Positions 1-13,104 of a stretch of DNA of 64,000 nt are shown piece after piece; the first letter of the stretch is position 1, and the number at the start of each line of letters is the position of its first letter. Made by a program: the position numbers and the translations under genes. This DNA comes from Mobula hypostoma (lineage: Eukaryota). Under the pieces are notes generated by a model. That model was not told the origin of the DNA, ran no database searches, and saw only the letters and a program-made list of their open reading frames with translations. Location: contig NC_086097.1 of NCBI RefSeq assembly GCF_963921235.1, positions 153,762,001 to 153,826,000 on the forward strand, in the 5' to 3' direction.

Positions 1-362
1 GGAAACTTTTTGGTCACTGCTCGTCTGTTAAATGTACGGTAGCAAGGGCTGGAGATCTTGCACTGCAGAGCCAAAATTGTTCTCTACTATGAGGGACTTA
101 AGAGACTCTGCAATGGGGCTAGTTAGAGGAATAACTCTGGCAACTGAAGTTTATTCTTCTAGGAAATCTAGTATTTCTACATCTTTTTTCTGTTCCTGTA
201 ATGCCATTGCCTAAAATTACATTTGGCATTTTAACAACTTTTTTCTCTATGACATCCATTTTCTTTCAATGTAGGTTTTAATTAAACAAAAGTAAGTTTG
301 AATAATATTATTTCAGTACTGTGTATACTGATCAGTGTGTTAGTGTTTATCTAATAAACTGC

Positions 363-380
363 CTCCTGGCTGGCTTGCAA
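363..380 (-). promoter_or_regulatory. Primer-binding site complementary to tRNA-Arg(ACG) 3' end
   Basis: Plus strand CTCCTGGCTGGCTTGCAA matches the vertebrate tRNA-Arg(ACG) 3' 18 nt CTCCTGGCTGGCTCGCCA at 16/18, next to an LTR-like end. Confidence 0.75.
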
Positions 381-387
381 AGTTTTA

Positions 388-883
388 TGTAACACCTGTG
401 TAGTGCTGGTCTTATCTCGTGTGAGTAGTCGCCACACCCTTTATGAGAAAATCTACTTGCATACTATTACACTAGATACTGATAGATTATCAGAAAGGCT
501 TGGTATTGAAAGGAGCAGTGAATAGAAAACACACACTTCCAGAGGTAAGTTTGTTTATTAAAATACCAATATATGGAAAATATTTACATGAGTAAGAACA
601 ATTCAAAATTCCAACATTCTGTTTAGGTTCCAAATCTCAGATATCAATGAAAACCAAATTCCCTTTTAGTTAGAATTGGTGAGATTCATTAGAATAATCT
701 TTATTACTCCAGTTTCTCCAACTAATTAGATCTAGTGTTATTCCCTATTTAGAGGTTTACTGACTAACCTTTCTTTTTTATTTATCCCTAGTTAGTTAGG
801 AAAGTAATTGAATTACTACTTTAAGTATTATGGTTAACCTCAGTTTCAGTTCAGGTCAGTATATCTACAAATTCAAATTCAAT

Positions 884-916
<33 letters not shown>

Positions 917-1516
917 GCGCACACACACACACAGTTTCACTCCTTTCACAACAAATTCTCCAACATCACAACTTTTAAACAAAGTAAGTCTCATTCAGTA
1001 ACTTATCAAAGTTTTTGCAAGAATAATCAGTTCATCCAGAAATTCAAATTCAGATCCTTTGAATAAAAAATAAACTTATATATCCAACCATATTAAATCC
1101 TTTACGTCTTGAACTATTCCAGACCCACACTGGTTCTTTAATGTTAGGAGGCTCGCCATCTTGTTTCTTGGTCTGTTGGATGATATGGTGAGTCATCCAC
1201 AGAGTCAATCCACAATACTGTACTTACATTCATAAACTGACCTGCATACAACAGGATTACAATCTGTAAATTCTAACGTGCATTCTATTTTCTATTTCAA
1301 ATTAACTCAATATCACATTGCCATTTCCAAATATTTCTTAGTTACAACACTACTGAATGTATTTCACAAACAAGTTACACACTCAGACCAATAAAAGTGT
1401 TTTAACTCTCAAAATCTCTTGTTATGATTCAACAGAACTAATTCCCAGTTACATGGTAGAAATCTTGTACACTACTTTCTCCCAATATCATCTTGTTTTT
1501 GCTGATGCTTGTTACA
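388..1516 (-). mobile_element. Putative 5' LTR (~1.13 kb) of an LTR retroelement/ERV extending off the left edge
   Basis: Perfect 7-bp terminal inverted repeat TGTAACA (388-394) / TGTTACA (1510-1516). Minus-strand AATAAA near 554-559. tRNA-Arg PBS 7 nt beyond the LTR end. The right boundary is the best of several GTTACA candidates. Confidence 0.6.
891..933. repeat. (CA)n microsatellite with GCGC interruption
   Basis: Directly visible tandem repeat. Confidence 0.95.
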
Positions 1517-2156
1517 GTCGTAGCTTCAATAAATCTTTTATCGATATTGTCTCTCCTCCAGGGGTGTCATCCTGAGGATTTCAGGTAAGTAGGGTAGAGG
1601 TACTAACTACTAATTACACTTTTGTTAGTTTATATATTTAGTTAGTTTCTATAGTTTGCTGCATTTCTGTCGCTTGTCCATGCCTCATTAGCCATGCTCG
1701 CATTGCTTTTTTAAAAAAAATTCAATAAACCTCGTTTTCATCCCTCCAGAGATGGAGCTTACTAACATTACATCTTTGGGTTTAATTAACCTGGATTACA
1801 ATGGTTTCATCAAAACTGTACAATCGTAAAGAAACATCTCTACGTTTAAAAACCAGCTCCTTTGTAATAAAGGGGAAATGTTAATTGTCTTCTTAACCAA
1901 CATCTCTTGAACTGCTATCTCCAGAACTCCTTGGTCATGTATCTCTTTAGATTTCTCCTCCTTAGATGCTACTTAAAAACTATGTCTTTGGCTTTGATTT
2001 TACTCAGCCATTCTTCAGCTTGCTATCAGTTCTCTGATAATGCACTTGTAAGCAGACTTATTATATTAAATATGCTATATAAATGTAACTGTTGTATTTA
2101 CACATGCTTGTTTTAGACCTTGATAAGACCTTGGATGTCTATAAATAAGCTTTGAC

Positions 2157-2629
2157 TGTCAGTATGTTCAGCTATGGCCCAAGGGGGGGATAGAGGGAGG
2201 GGGAGGAGGGGGAGAGATCAAAAATTCACCAATTTTAATGAAACTTGCAGAACTTGAAGGAAAAGATAAACAATAAATGCTAGGCCAACAGCGTCGTTAA
2301 CTAAACACTCAAACTGAAAATTAAATGCCAACACTGCAGCTGGAAGCAATAACTAAGTGGTAAGTGAATACCATTCCTTCTCAACGTCCATCATAACCGT
2401 AGTCCTCTTTCCCAGACAAAGACATGAATAAACAGGAATTGTAACATTGCTGTCTTTGGGTCAATTCTCAACAAGACTACAATGAAAAGAAGAGAATTAA
2501 ATACTGCTACAATGAAGCAGTAATTAGCTGGAATGTGCACACTTACAGGGCAATTGCCGATCCTTTTGCGCAGCCTACCTGAGAGGGTGTGCAGACCCCG
2601 TAGCGGAGTCTATGGTTGGGACATTGACA
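2157..2629 (-). mobile_element. Possible solo LTR
   Basis: TGTCA...TGACA termini, minus-strand ATTAAA and TATTTAA-like motifs. No matching TSD found. Confidence 0.35.
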
Positions 2630-2704
2630 GACAAGACAAGTGGTTCACTTAGGAAACAGAATATATAGTTGCATTATGATTGTTTACTGAATGTTTTTCT
2701 TATC

Positions 2705-3010
2705 ATCGGCATAGCTAAATGGAGTCCCAATGTCATGACATTAGAGATCTGGGTTCATTCCTGATCCTAGGGTGCTATATGCGTGCACTCTGAATATTCT
2801 CCCTGTAACTGTATGTGTTATCTCGCACACCCCATACTCGTATGGATCAGTAGGTTAATTTGCCAATGTAAATCGCACCTGTTATGCTTCCAAGTGGTAG
2901 AATGGAGTGTGTTAATGAGTGGGGAAATAATTTTTAAAATGTTGTGCAGTTGTTGATTGGAATAGACTTGTAGGTCGATGGGCTTGTTTACATGGTATGT
3001 CCCTGTGGTT
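2705..3010 (+). mobile_element. Degenerate tRNA-derived V-SINE/HE1-like SINE
   Basis: B-box-like GGGTTCATTCC followed by a decayed V-domain-like segment (ATTCTCCCTGTAACTGTATGTGTT...GTAGGTTAATTTGCCAATGTAAAT). Confidence 0.5.
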
Positions 3011-4021
3011 GCCTCTATCTATCTGCCTTTAGACCTACAATTAATATTTAGATAGGCATCTTAAATTTGGTCAATTCATCTAATTTCTATTAGAGTTAAT
3101 ATCTGATGTGGTGATCTTCATATATTTGCCTGTTGCTGTACAAAGATGTCTGAAAGCTAGTCTGCCTGAATGTGTGTTTACGAAGTAAAATTTTTACCTC
3201 CTGTAATGAGTTGTACCTGCAATTTTTCCATAACCTACATCAGTTTACTAGATCTGAACTGCACTAGGTATAGAGCTGACAACAGGGAGAAAGCACATTC
3301 ACAGGTTTTATCTCATGAAAGGTAAATCTAGTCACAAGAACAATAAAGTGCCAGAAGTAGCCAGGAGTGTAACAATAGATGTCTGATTCTACTTAGGCTG
3401 CATAAAGCAAAGAGAATGAATGTGATTGATCAGAAAATGGAGATCTAATTAAGAGGCTCGATGGTATCATAAACTGGAGGGTAAAGCAGTTTTTTAATTA
3501 TTATCTGAAGCTATCATTACACTACAAGAATGATATCATTTCTTGGATCCACTAAATTATGCACCATTCACTGATTCAATTGTCTTTCATCTTTTTGTGT
3601 TATCACTAGTGATGTTTACTGCAAGAGTGCTTTATGTCCTTGAAATCTGATGAGTTATACAGGAGGGGATTAATGATTGTGACGTCGCCAGTGAAATTCC
3701 AAACAGCAGACAGTCCATTGCCATACATTTGGATCTGTAGCTGGGGCTTCTTAATATATCTCACTGCAGTCTGTTTTAAACAAAGTTAAATAAACATCAA
3801 GCAAGTTACCTGCCATATTAATTCCCATCCTATTCCCCACACTGACCTGTTTGTTCTCAGCCTTCTCAACTGCCTCAGTGAAGCCAAGCACAAACTAGAG
3901 GAACAGGCCCTGGGTAGTTTACAACCCAAAGGCATGAACATTGAATTCCTTAATTTCAGTAAACATGCTGTCCTTGTGACCCTTCTCTCTCTCCTCCTGA
4001 GCTACGCAGTACCTCCTCTAT

Positions 4022-4808
4022 CAGCGGTCCCCAACCACCGGGCCGCAAAGCATGTGCTACTGGGCCACGATGAAACGATATGAGTCAGCTGCACTTTCCC
4101 TCATTCCCTGTCATGCACTGTTGAACTTGAACATAGGGTTGCCAACTGTCCCATATTTGCCGGAACATCCCAAATATTGGGCTAAATTGGTTTGTCCCGT
4201 ATATCCCCTGCAAGGGTAGAGCATTCCTATGAAACCTTTCATGCCGAAATGGTGTGAAGCGAAGAAGCAATTGCCATTAATTTATATGGGGAAAATTTTT
4301 GAGCATTCCCAGACCCAAAAAATAACCTAACAAATCATACCAAATACCACATAAAATGGAAAATAAATAACACTAACATATAGTAAAAGCAGGAATGATA
4401 TGATAAATACACAGCCTATATAAAGTAGAAATAATGTATGTACAGTATAGTCGGGAAGATGAAGGCAAAACTGATTTGTGGGGGAAAAAAATTGGCATGT
4501 ATGTGCATGCACACATCATATGCCCACGTCATGCATGCACACATCATATGCCCACGTCACGCATGCACACACAGGTGCCCAAGGTGTCATGGTAGTCTTT
4601 CCTGGGGTAAAGTGTCTTGGGATTTGACTGCTACTTTTGTCCCTTATTTGGGAGTGAGAAAGTTGGCAACCCTAACGGTAAAAGACAAGTTGAGGTGAGT
4701 TTAACCCTACTTAAACAACGTTCCCCCCCCCCCCCCCGGTCGGCCAGTCTGCAAGAATATTGTCAATATTAAACCGGTCCACGGTGCAAGAAAGGTTGGG
4801 GACCCCTG
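4022..4808. mobile_element. hAT (Charlie-like) non-autonomous element
   Basis: TIRs CAGCGGTCCCCAACC / GGTTGGGGACCCCTG. Right flank CTCTACAT fits the NTCTANAN target preference; left flank CTCTAT is an imperfect duplicate. Confidence 0.8.
4134..4674. mobile_element. Second hAT-type MITE nested inside 4022-4808
   Basis: Perfect 14-bp TIRs TAGGGTTGCCAACT / AGTTGGCAACCCTA. Internal ~28-bp tandem duplication at ~4503-4568. Confidence 0.75.
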
Positions 4809-6019
4809 CTCTACATAACCAACCCTAAACTCAGCACATGAACAATCTTTTTTTTCCCTCTTCACCTACTCCAACTGCTCATCATAACTCATTTATTTGG
4901 TTCTATTCTCCATTTTCTTTCTTATCACATTCCATCATTTACAGCCCTTTATTGTATCCATGATCAACTTCCCAGCGTCGGCCAGTAATTCCACATTCCC
5001 CTCCACCCCCGCTTCCTCCTGTTGTTTGCTGCACCCTTTGCTCTCAGCTCATTATACTGGCTACCTCCTCCCTACTCATTCAGTCTAGGTGAAAGGTCTC
5101 AACCTGAAAACTCGATTGTCCAAATCCTTCTACAGATGTCCTGTTGAAGAGTCTCGGCTCAGAGTATTTACTGTTTATTTCCCTCCATAAGTGCTGCCTG
5201 ACCTGAGTTTCTCCCGCATTTTCTGTGTGCTGCCCAAGATCTCTAGCAGAATCGCCTGTGCCTCTCTAAAAGTTGCCTGACCTGTTAAGTTCCTTCAGGA
5301 GTTTGAGTTTTGTTGAAGCATGATCTGCACGACTGGCTCAGAAGCAATTTACGGGACTATAAGAAGATGTGATGTAAGCAATATGGATTTATGGTAGGTG
5401 GAGATGAGTCCATGGCTAGATCAGCCATGATCTTATTGAATGGCGGAGCAAGCTTGATGGGCAAGATGGCATAATCCTGTTCCTCCTACTTGTGTTCTTG
5501 TGTTATTACAAGCATGTTTCTGAGTCAGAATGTTATCACACTGGTCCTCTCTGTCTACAGTCTGCATTGGTTCCTCCATATTGTCTCACCGCACTTGAGA
5601 TGATAAATGATGATTTTCTCTTGAGATGATAAATCAAGGTCTTTTTCACTCATTTGTGTAATCATAGCAATCTTTGAGTATTTTCTCCAGTTTCATATTT
5701 TCTCCCCCAGCTTACTGATTATACCACTTAATTGTAGCTTTTATTACTTTTCAGATGTGGGGCTTTGTGTTTATATTGCTTAACATGTATAAAAAGAAAT
5801 CCAAATGCTTATTTTGACTATGCACAGCCTCAAGGCTAAGGTATACATCATGAATGGAAAGGCCTTAAAGAATATTGAAGAACAGAGGGACCTTGTTGTA
5901 CATGTCTAAGTATTCCTAAAAGTGGCAGAACAGGTAAGGTGGTGAAGAAAGCGTAATAAGACCTTATAAAATGGAATCCATTTAGGATTAGCATAACTAT
6001 GTGTTTAATGGTCTTCTAT

Positions 6020-6492
6020 AGATGTGTAGTGGGAAGCGAATTGAATGGCTGCATTACAGCCTGGTATGGGAACACCAGTGCCTTTGAATGGAAAATCCTA
6101 CCACTGAGCACATCTACATGAAAAGCTGTCGTAGGAAAGCAGCATCCATCATCAAAGATCCTCACCATGATATTTTCTTGCTGCTACCATTAGGTAGAAA
6201 GTACAAGTGTCTCAGGACTTGCTGCAACACATTCAAGAACAGTTACTATCCCTCAACTGTCAGGCTCTTGAACAAAAGGGGACAACCACACTTATTTAAC
6301 GAGTCTTGTATCTTATTATTTCAACCTCATTATTTATTGCTATTTATTTATATCTGCACTTGCACAGCTTGTTATTCATTGATCCTGCTTACAGTTACTG
6401 TTCCATGGATTTTCTAAGAATGCCCACAGAAAAAGAATCTCAGGGTTGTATGTGGTGACATGTATGTACTCTGATAATAAATTTTAACTTTG
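6020..6492 (+). mobile_element. Rex1/Babar-type LINE 3' fragment
   Basis: ORF 6088-6417 KAASIIKDPHH..FLLLPLGRKYKCLRT..FKNSYYPSTVRLLN. Tail GATAATAAATTTTAACTTTGA. Confidence 0.75.
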
Positions 6493-7971
6493 ACAAACAG
6501 CATTGTGCAAATGACCAGACCAATACCTAGAGATTCAGCCCAGGACAACAGAACTGAATTTCAAAAAACACAATAGTGGTTGATAATATATAGAATTTCT
6601 ACCCACTATAAATAAATTTCTAGGTACAACTGTTGTAAGGTTGAGGACTAGGTATTTCCTTGGACAATAGCATAAGAATGATTGCACATTTTATCACTTC
6701 ACTTTGTATACTTATCAAATAATCCCGTGACTGAAGAAGGATGTTGTGTAAATGTATTTTATTTTACTGAATTACAATAGTAATCCCATCTACTAAAACC
6801 ATCAGTGACACTGTGTCTGCATTAGGATTCAGAATACAAATCGGCTATTAGAAAAAGAGTGGCTTTTTGACAACTGCAATTTCTTTCCACTCATCCATCC
6901 AACAAGCTGGAATTTGTTCATATGAGTGAGGGAGAGATTGGTAATCTCTCCTTGTAGGTACATGCTGCACAACATTAACATGTAGCTCATCTTATTCCAG
7001 AACTTGAGTCTTTGATATATTTATTAAGAAATAAAAAAAAGTTCAATTGACACAACTCTGACACCCTGATAATTGCAGAGCACATTGTAAAATCGGGATC
7101 AGAAAAGTGAGATATCAAGGTCTTTCAGTGCAGTGTACATATGCCAGAGGCAGCTCATAATTTAACTCCAATAAATCCTATTTAAAATGCAAATTAAAAA
7201 TTGAATCATGACTCTTAAACCTTTAAAATAGTCAATTTAAATGCATTGAAATCAAATACTAATACCATTAATGTGTGTAGAATGGTGGAGTCAATTTTAG
7301 AGCCTGTTGGATTATGACCACACAGAATAAACCTGGTAACAGTCTAAGCTAAGTTTTGAAACATATGGATTCTTGTTAGGTTGGTTCCTCTATTCAAGTA
7401 TCATTTGATAGAGGTGACACAATACCTTACTAATTCAGGTCCAGTGATGCAATTACAAAGAGACCTTTGGTTGTCTCCAAGTTACAAAAAGAGATCTCAG
7501 AATTGTGCTGTTACATAATTTCCGGTAATAATCCTCTCACAAATAGCCTGTCATGTGCGTGGTGTTGAAATAAATTTAGTTTGGGGTCATCTTACACACT
7601 TCAGCATGACAATTCAAAGGCTCAGTATTTCATCTCTCTCTCTCACTATCTATTAACAATAATCTAATGCTCCATTGTGGAGGATTCCATGATGTGAATG
7701 CGTTGCTAATATTGTGAAGGTCACAGATTTGATAATCAAGTGGCCATCATGTTACTAGTCAGGCTTCTCTGTCTCAAATTCAAATGTTACACAGGCAGGA
7801 TATAATACAGTACAAAAGTCTTAGATTATATATATAATCAATAAATTGGTTTATTAATCATTACAGAATGTCTCTGTTGCCTCCCATTCCTTCTCTCCTT
7901 TCCCCTTTTCCCCAACAAAGATTTCTTTCTCCCTAACCCCTTCCCACTCTTAGTCCAGAATACAGACCCAT

Positions 7972-8345
7972 ATCAGAATCTGTTTTATCATCACTCACAT
8001 ATGTCATTAAATCTGTTTTTTTTTGTGGCAGCAGTACAGCGTCATGCATAAAATTACTACAGTCCTGTGCAAAAATCTTAGGCTTCCTAGCTATATATAT
8101 GTGCCTAAGACATTTGCACAGTACTGTATATTTTTAATATATAAATAAAAAATGTACAGTGTATGTATTTGATTAAATATGTAGTGCAAAAAGAGAGGAA
8201 AAAATACTGAGGTGGTGTTCATGGGTTAATTGTCCATGAGAAATCTGACAGCAGAGGGAAAGAAGCTGTTCCTGAAATGTTGAGTGTGTGTCTTCAGGCT
8301 CCTGTACTTTTTTGATGGCAGCAATGAGAAGAGAGCATGTCACAG
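7972..8345 (-). mobile_element. Rex1/Babar-type LINE 3' end
   Basis: Similar to 52316-52570 (ATCAGAATC tail, GAAGAAGCTGTTCCTGAA). Confidence 0.65.
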
Positions 8346-9071
8346 AGATGCCTTTTTGAGGCATCAGCTTTTACAGGTGTCCTGTTAATATGTCGGAATT
8401 GTCAGGATATTAACCATGGAAACTTGCTGTCAATCACTGAGTTCATTAAGGTTTTTCAGGAAAAGCAGTGTGATTTTCCTGCCCAGACTATGCAGTTAAT
8501 TTTTAATGCTTTCCAAAGAAACGGATGTGGGTAATAAGTTCTGCATTGTTAATGCTGTTCAGATTCCAAGCACATTTTTGTTAAAGAAGAGTTAAGACAG
8601 AATGCAATTCTTTAGAACTCTGATTCGTCAGCTCCATCTACTGATCCCTTTGTAGGGCAATTACAGGATTGGTGCATATGCTGTCACCATGGAAAACAGC
8701 TTGCAGATGATTAAAGAATGCCCCGTAAAGGAAAAAAAAGGGAATGACCAGTAAACATTCTTTACCTAAGCAGAGCCTTGCTGGTCATATTCAACAAGCT
8801 AATCAACATCTGAAAAAAAAAATCAATTCAATTATAAATCAACTTCATTTTTGTGAGACCCTTGTTAGAGACACAGACTCATAGAAATCATAATCTGTTT
8901 CTTGTGTAGGAGGGCAATGACTTGGAAAGAATGTGCTAACCATTTGCAAGAGGATTTTCTGTGCAGATTTAGGATGCCTAGCTCCTTTATTTTCTTTGAG
9001 TATCAAATTGCTGTTCCTACTTTAAGGCATGAGATTGAATGAGTCACAGGGGAATTGAGATGCAGTATTTG

Positions 9072-10065
9072 GAGACATAAAAAGGTGCAGATGCTGGAAT
9101 CTGCAGACGCAACCAATTTGCTTGAGGTACTCAGTGGGCAAGCAGCATCTGAGAGTTGGGGTGGGGTGGTAGGTGGTCAGAGGAATTGTCAATGTTTTGG
9201 AACCCCACATCACTCAGCCACAGAGAAGAAAGCCAGGTGATGAGATGGGGGCCAGTGAGCAGCCCTTGGATGGATGAAGGACAATGGGCAAATCAAGCTG
9301 GGTCGGGGTGAGGGAAGGATGGAGCTGGGTGACAGAAGGAGGTAGCTGAGAGATGTAGGCAGACAAACTGAAGGATAGATGGAGCCAGGTGAGAGTGGGT
9401 GGTGGACTGAGGAGGAAATATCATCAGACTTTGAAGATAATGTATTAAATGATGAGAGGCATTGATCACGTGGATAGTCAGAGGCTTTTTCCCAGGGCCA
9501 AAATGGCTAACACGAGAGGGCACAGTTTTAAGGTGCTTGGAAGTAGGTACAGAGGAGATGTCAGGGGTAAGATTTTATGCAGAGTAGTGAGTGCATGGAA
9601 TGGGCTGCCGGCAACGGTGCTGAAGGCGGATAGGATAAGGTCTTTTAAAAGGCTCCTAGGTAGGTACATGGAGCTTGGAAAAATAGAGGGCTATGGGTAA
9701 CCCAAGGTAATTTCTAAAGTAAGTACATGTTCAACACAGCATTGTGGTTCGAAGGGCCTGTATTGTGCTGTAGGTTTTCTATGTTTCTTCTAGATTTCAG
9801 CACTTGGGGGCATTTGTGTTTCTATTTCTCACTCTCCCAGCTGTGTCCTCCTCCACCCTCTCCACCTAACCCCGCTCACCCTGGCTTCATCGGCCGTAAT
9901 ATGATTTCCCCTATCATCCACTGGCCACTATCTCACCACACTCTATTCACTGGTTCTGTTCCCTCTCCACACTCAGTCCTGATGTAATGTTTTGTTGATT
10001 CATCTCCACCACAGATGTTGCTTGGCCTGCTAGCTCCTCAAGCAGATTGTTTGTTGTACCAGAGT
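9072..10065. mobile_element. Inverted pair of Penelope-like tails (minus ~9072-9420, plus ~9790-10065) flanking a CR1 fragment
   Basis: CAGATGCTGGAATC...GCAGCATCTG on the left and CAGATGTTGCTTGGCCTGCT on the right. Purine-rich versus pyrimidine-rich mirror composition. Confidence 0.55.
9425..9790 (+). mobile_element. CR1-type LINE 3' fragment (subfamily A)
   Basis: ORF 9449-9700 MMRGIDHVDSQRLFPRAKMANTRGHSFKV...AWNGLP. Tail TTTCTATGTTTCT. Near copy at 56590-56930. Confidence 0.9.
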
Positions 10066-10789
10066 TCAAGTTGATTTGCAAACATTTAGAAATATTTCTG
10101 TTTTAAGCTATACTAACAAACACTACAAATAAAAGAAAAAACATGAGATTTGGCTGCAACATCTTATGATTAATCCACACGTTAACAGCTATCGTCTTTC
10201 ATAAAGATGCCTAATGCCAGCCAGAATAGTATTGACTCTTAGCCTGGGGATAGAAAGTTGCTTGATAATTGTCTCCATCAATAGCAATTCTGTCAGTGGA
10301 AAATTCTATGTCATGATTGTTGGCATTTCATTTAATACCACTGCTCATGTAAGCTTACATTCGCAATGATCACGAGCCAAAGAATGATAAATCAGAATTG
10401 TCTTGCAGCGTGTCACACAATTGAATTTGGACTAATTTTAAGCTAATGACTTTGTAATATTTATTGCATATGGAGAAAATTCCCTTCTGTCACTTTCATT
10501 TAACACTGTGTACCAGCATGAAAAATATTTGAAGAACGTAGCCCTTGGCAGCATGTCTGTCCCATTAATGTGCAGAACCCATAGAGTTCTCCATTTCCTG
10601 ACTCACTGAACTCACACTTCATAACATATGCTTGATTGAGGGTAGCCAGAAAATAGTTGTGAAACTCAATGATACCCAAGGCTGAGCTGTCCAGTTGATC
10701 AGCATCTCATCCGGTAGCCAAAATACACACTCTCTCCAATTTGGCCCATTTATTTACAGTCTAATCCTTCAGCAGCATCTCCCAAGACC

Positions 10790-11285
10790 ATCTTGCATGG
10801 AGCCACAGAGTTATACAGCATGGAAGCAAGCCCTTCAAACCAGATCATTCATACCAACCAAGATAGCTATCCATACTAGTCTGACTTGTCTGAGCTGGAC
10901 CCATATCACTCTAAACTAGGGTTCCCAACCTGGGGTTCACGGACCTCTTGGATAGTGGTAGGGGTGCATGGCATGAAAAAGGTTGGAAATCCCTCTTCTA
11001 AACCTTCTTTATTTATATACTTGTGTAAATAACTTTTAACCATTGTAATTGACCCATCTTTGCACGTTCCTTTGGTATATCATTCTATTTACCCACTATC
11101 CTCTGAGTGCAAAAGCTTCTGCTCGGGACCCTTTTAAATCTTTCCTTTCTCACCTTATGTATTTGTCCTCTGGTTTTAGATTCCCCAGCTCTGGGGAAGA
11201 AAAGCTGTGACTATCCACCTTACTTATGTCACTCATGATTTCATATACTTCAATATAGTCACCGCTCATTTTCCTATCCTCCAAG
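10790..11285 (-). mobile_element. Old CR1-type 3' fragment with an ~80-bp hAT MITE (~10917-10995) inserted
   Basis: CR1 3'UTR/ORF2-end motifs on the minus strand. MITE ends TAGGGTTCCCAACC / GGTTGGAAATCCCT. Confidence 0.6.
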
Positions 11286-11871
11286 GATACTTGGCATGAG
11301 GAACAACATCTCATCTTTCATCTGGGCACGTTGCAGCCTTGTAGACTCAATATCAGATTCCCCAGCTTTAGATAAGTGACTCTATCTTTCCGTCTGTGTC
11401 TGAAGTGGATATTTCTGTGCATCATCTCTTTGGCTCAGTTTTTCCTTATTCAATTCACAAGGGCTGGTTCGCCAGACATATCTTACAGCCTCACCATTTA
11501 CAGGTATAAGCATTACACAAAGAATCTCAATATGTCTGTAGCTGCTCAGATTAACCCTTACCCTTTCCCATTCCCCATTCCCCATTCCCCATTTGAAAAT
11601 AACTCTATGGCAAGTCTCTCCATGGATCGAGGCTCAACCTCACCTGTATGCTTGGGGGCCACGTGATGAGCAAGAACTCCAGTGCTCTTGCTCATTAATG
11701 CAATCGTTTAATCAGCCAATCATGTGACAGCAACTCAATGCATAAAAGAATGCCGACATGTTCAAGAGATTAAATTGTTGTTCAGACCAAACATCAGAAT
11801 GGAGAAAGAATGATTTGAGTATCTTAGAGACTGCAGATCCCCTGGGATTTTCACAACAGTCTCTCGAGTTT

Positions 11872-13104
11872 AACATGGAACGTATAACATAGAACATTGA
11901 AAAACCTACAGCACAGTACAGGACCTTCAGCCCACAGTGCTGTGCTGAACTTGTATTTACTTTAGAAATTATCTAGAGTTACCCATAGCCCTCTATTTTT
12001 CTAAGCTGCAAGTACCTATCCAGGAGTCTCTTAAAATACCCTATTGTATCTGCCTTCACCACCATTGCCGGCAGGCCATTCCATGCACTCACCACTCTCT
12101 GCTTAAAAAAACTTACCCCTGACATCCCCTCTGTACCTGCTTCCAAGCACCTTAAAACTGTGCCCTCTCGTGTTAGCTATTTCAGCCTTGAGAAAAAGCC
12201 TCTGACTATCCACACGATCAATGCCTCTCATCATCTTATACACCTCTATCAGGTCACCTCTCATCCTCCATCGCTCCAAGGAGAAAAAGCCAAGTTCACT
12301 CAACCTATTCTCATAAGGCATGCTCCCCAATCCAGGCAGCATCCTTGTAAATCTCCTCTGCACCCTTTCTATGGTTTCCACATCCTTCCTGTAGTAAGGT
12401 GACCAGAACTGAGCACAGTACTCCAACTGGGAGTACTCCAAGTACGTCCTATATAGCTGCAACGTTACCTCTCGGCTCCTGACCTTAATTCCATGGTTGA
12501 TGAAGGCCAATGCACTGTATGACTTCTTAACCACACAGTCAACCTGCGCAACAATAGGTGCAGGAGTAGGCCATTCGGCCCTTCGAGCCAGCACTGTGAT
12601 CATGGCTGATCATCCACAATCAGTATCCAGTTCCTGCCTTATCCCCATAACCTTTGATTCCGCTACCTTTAAGAGCTCTATCCATCTCTTTCTTGAAAGC
12701 ATCCAGAGACTTGGCCTCCACAACCTTCTGGGGCAGAGCATTCCATACATCCACCACTCTCTGGGTGAAAAAGTTTTTCCTCAACTCCATTCTAAATGGC
12801 CTACCCCTTATTCTTAAACTGTGGCCCCTGGTTCTGGACTCACCCATCAGCGGGAACATGCTTCCTGCCTCCAGCGTGTCCAATCCCTTAATAATCTTAT
12901 GTGTTTCAATAAGATCCCCTCTCAGCCTTCTAAATTCCAGAGTATACAAGCCCAGTCACTCCAATCTTTCGACATATGACAGTCCCACCATCCTGGAAAT
13001 TAACCTTGTGAACCTTTGAACAACTTTGTGAACAACTTTGAGTGTCCTATGGACTCGGACTCCAAGATTCCTCTGACCCTCCACACTGCCAAGAGTCTTA
13101 GCAT
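11872..13104 (-). mobile_element. CR1-type LINE 3' fragment (subfamily A), interrupted at ~12551-13015
   Basis: ORF 12103-12603: LEYCAQFWSPYYRKDVETIERVQRRFTRMLPGL. Resumes at ~13020 (QRNLGVRVHRTLKV). Confidence 0.9.
12551..13015 (-). mobile_element. Young CR1-type LINE 3' fragment (subfamily B)
   Basis: ORF 12620-12949 is nearly identical to the C-terminus of 50489-51592. CTATTGT tail at 12551. Confidence 0.9.

Larger units (their letters stand above)
3805..5315 (+). mobile_element. Penelope-like element 3' remnant (endonuclease C-terminus, pyrimidine-rich UTR, duplicated tail), interrupted by a MITE
   Basis: 3825-3960 encodes HTDLFVLSLLNCLSEAKHKLEEQ...GSLQPKGMNIEF, typical of the PLE GIY-YIG domain C-terminus. 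Decayed hammerhead-like tails at ~5086 and ~5141. Confidence 0.7.

Noticed and set aside
363..380. tRNA-Arg gene
   Set aside because: Only the 3' 18 nt match, including the CCA-equivalent position. There is no cloverleaf, and the context fits a PBS.
4503..4568. CRISPR-like repeat
   Set aside because: Simple tandem duplication without spacers inside a MITE. Eukaryotic context with no cas genes.
8656..8724. Possible exon GNYRIGAYAVTMENSLQMIKECP
   Set aside because: Weak donor (CCC|GTAAAG), no recognisable homology and no supporting neighbouring exons.
12103..12603. 166-aa ORF with a novel N-terminus
   Set aside because: The N-terminus is the 3'UTR of the nested CR1-B read into CR1-A.
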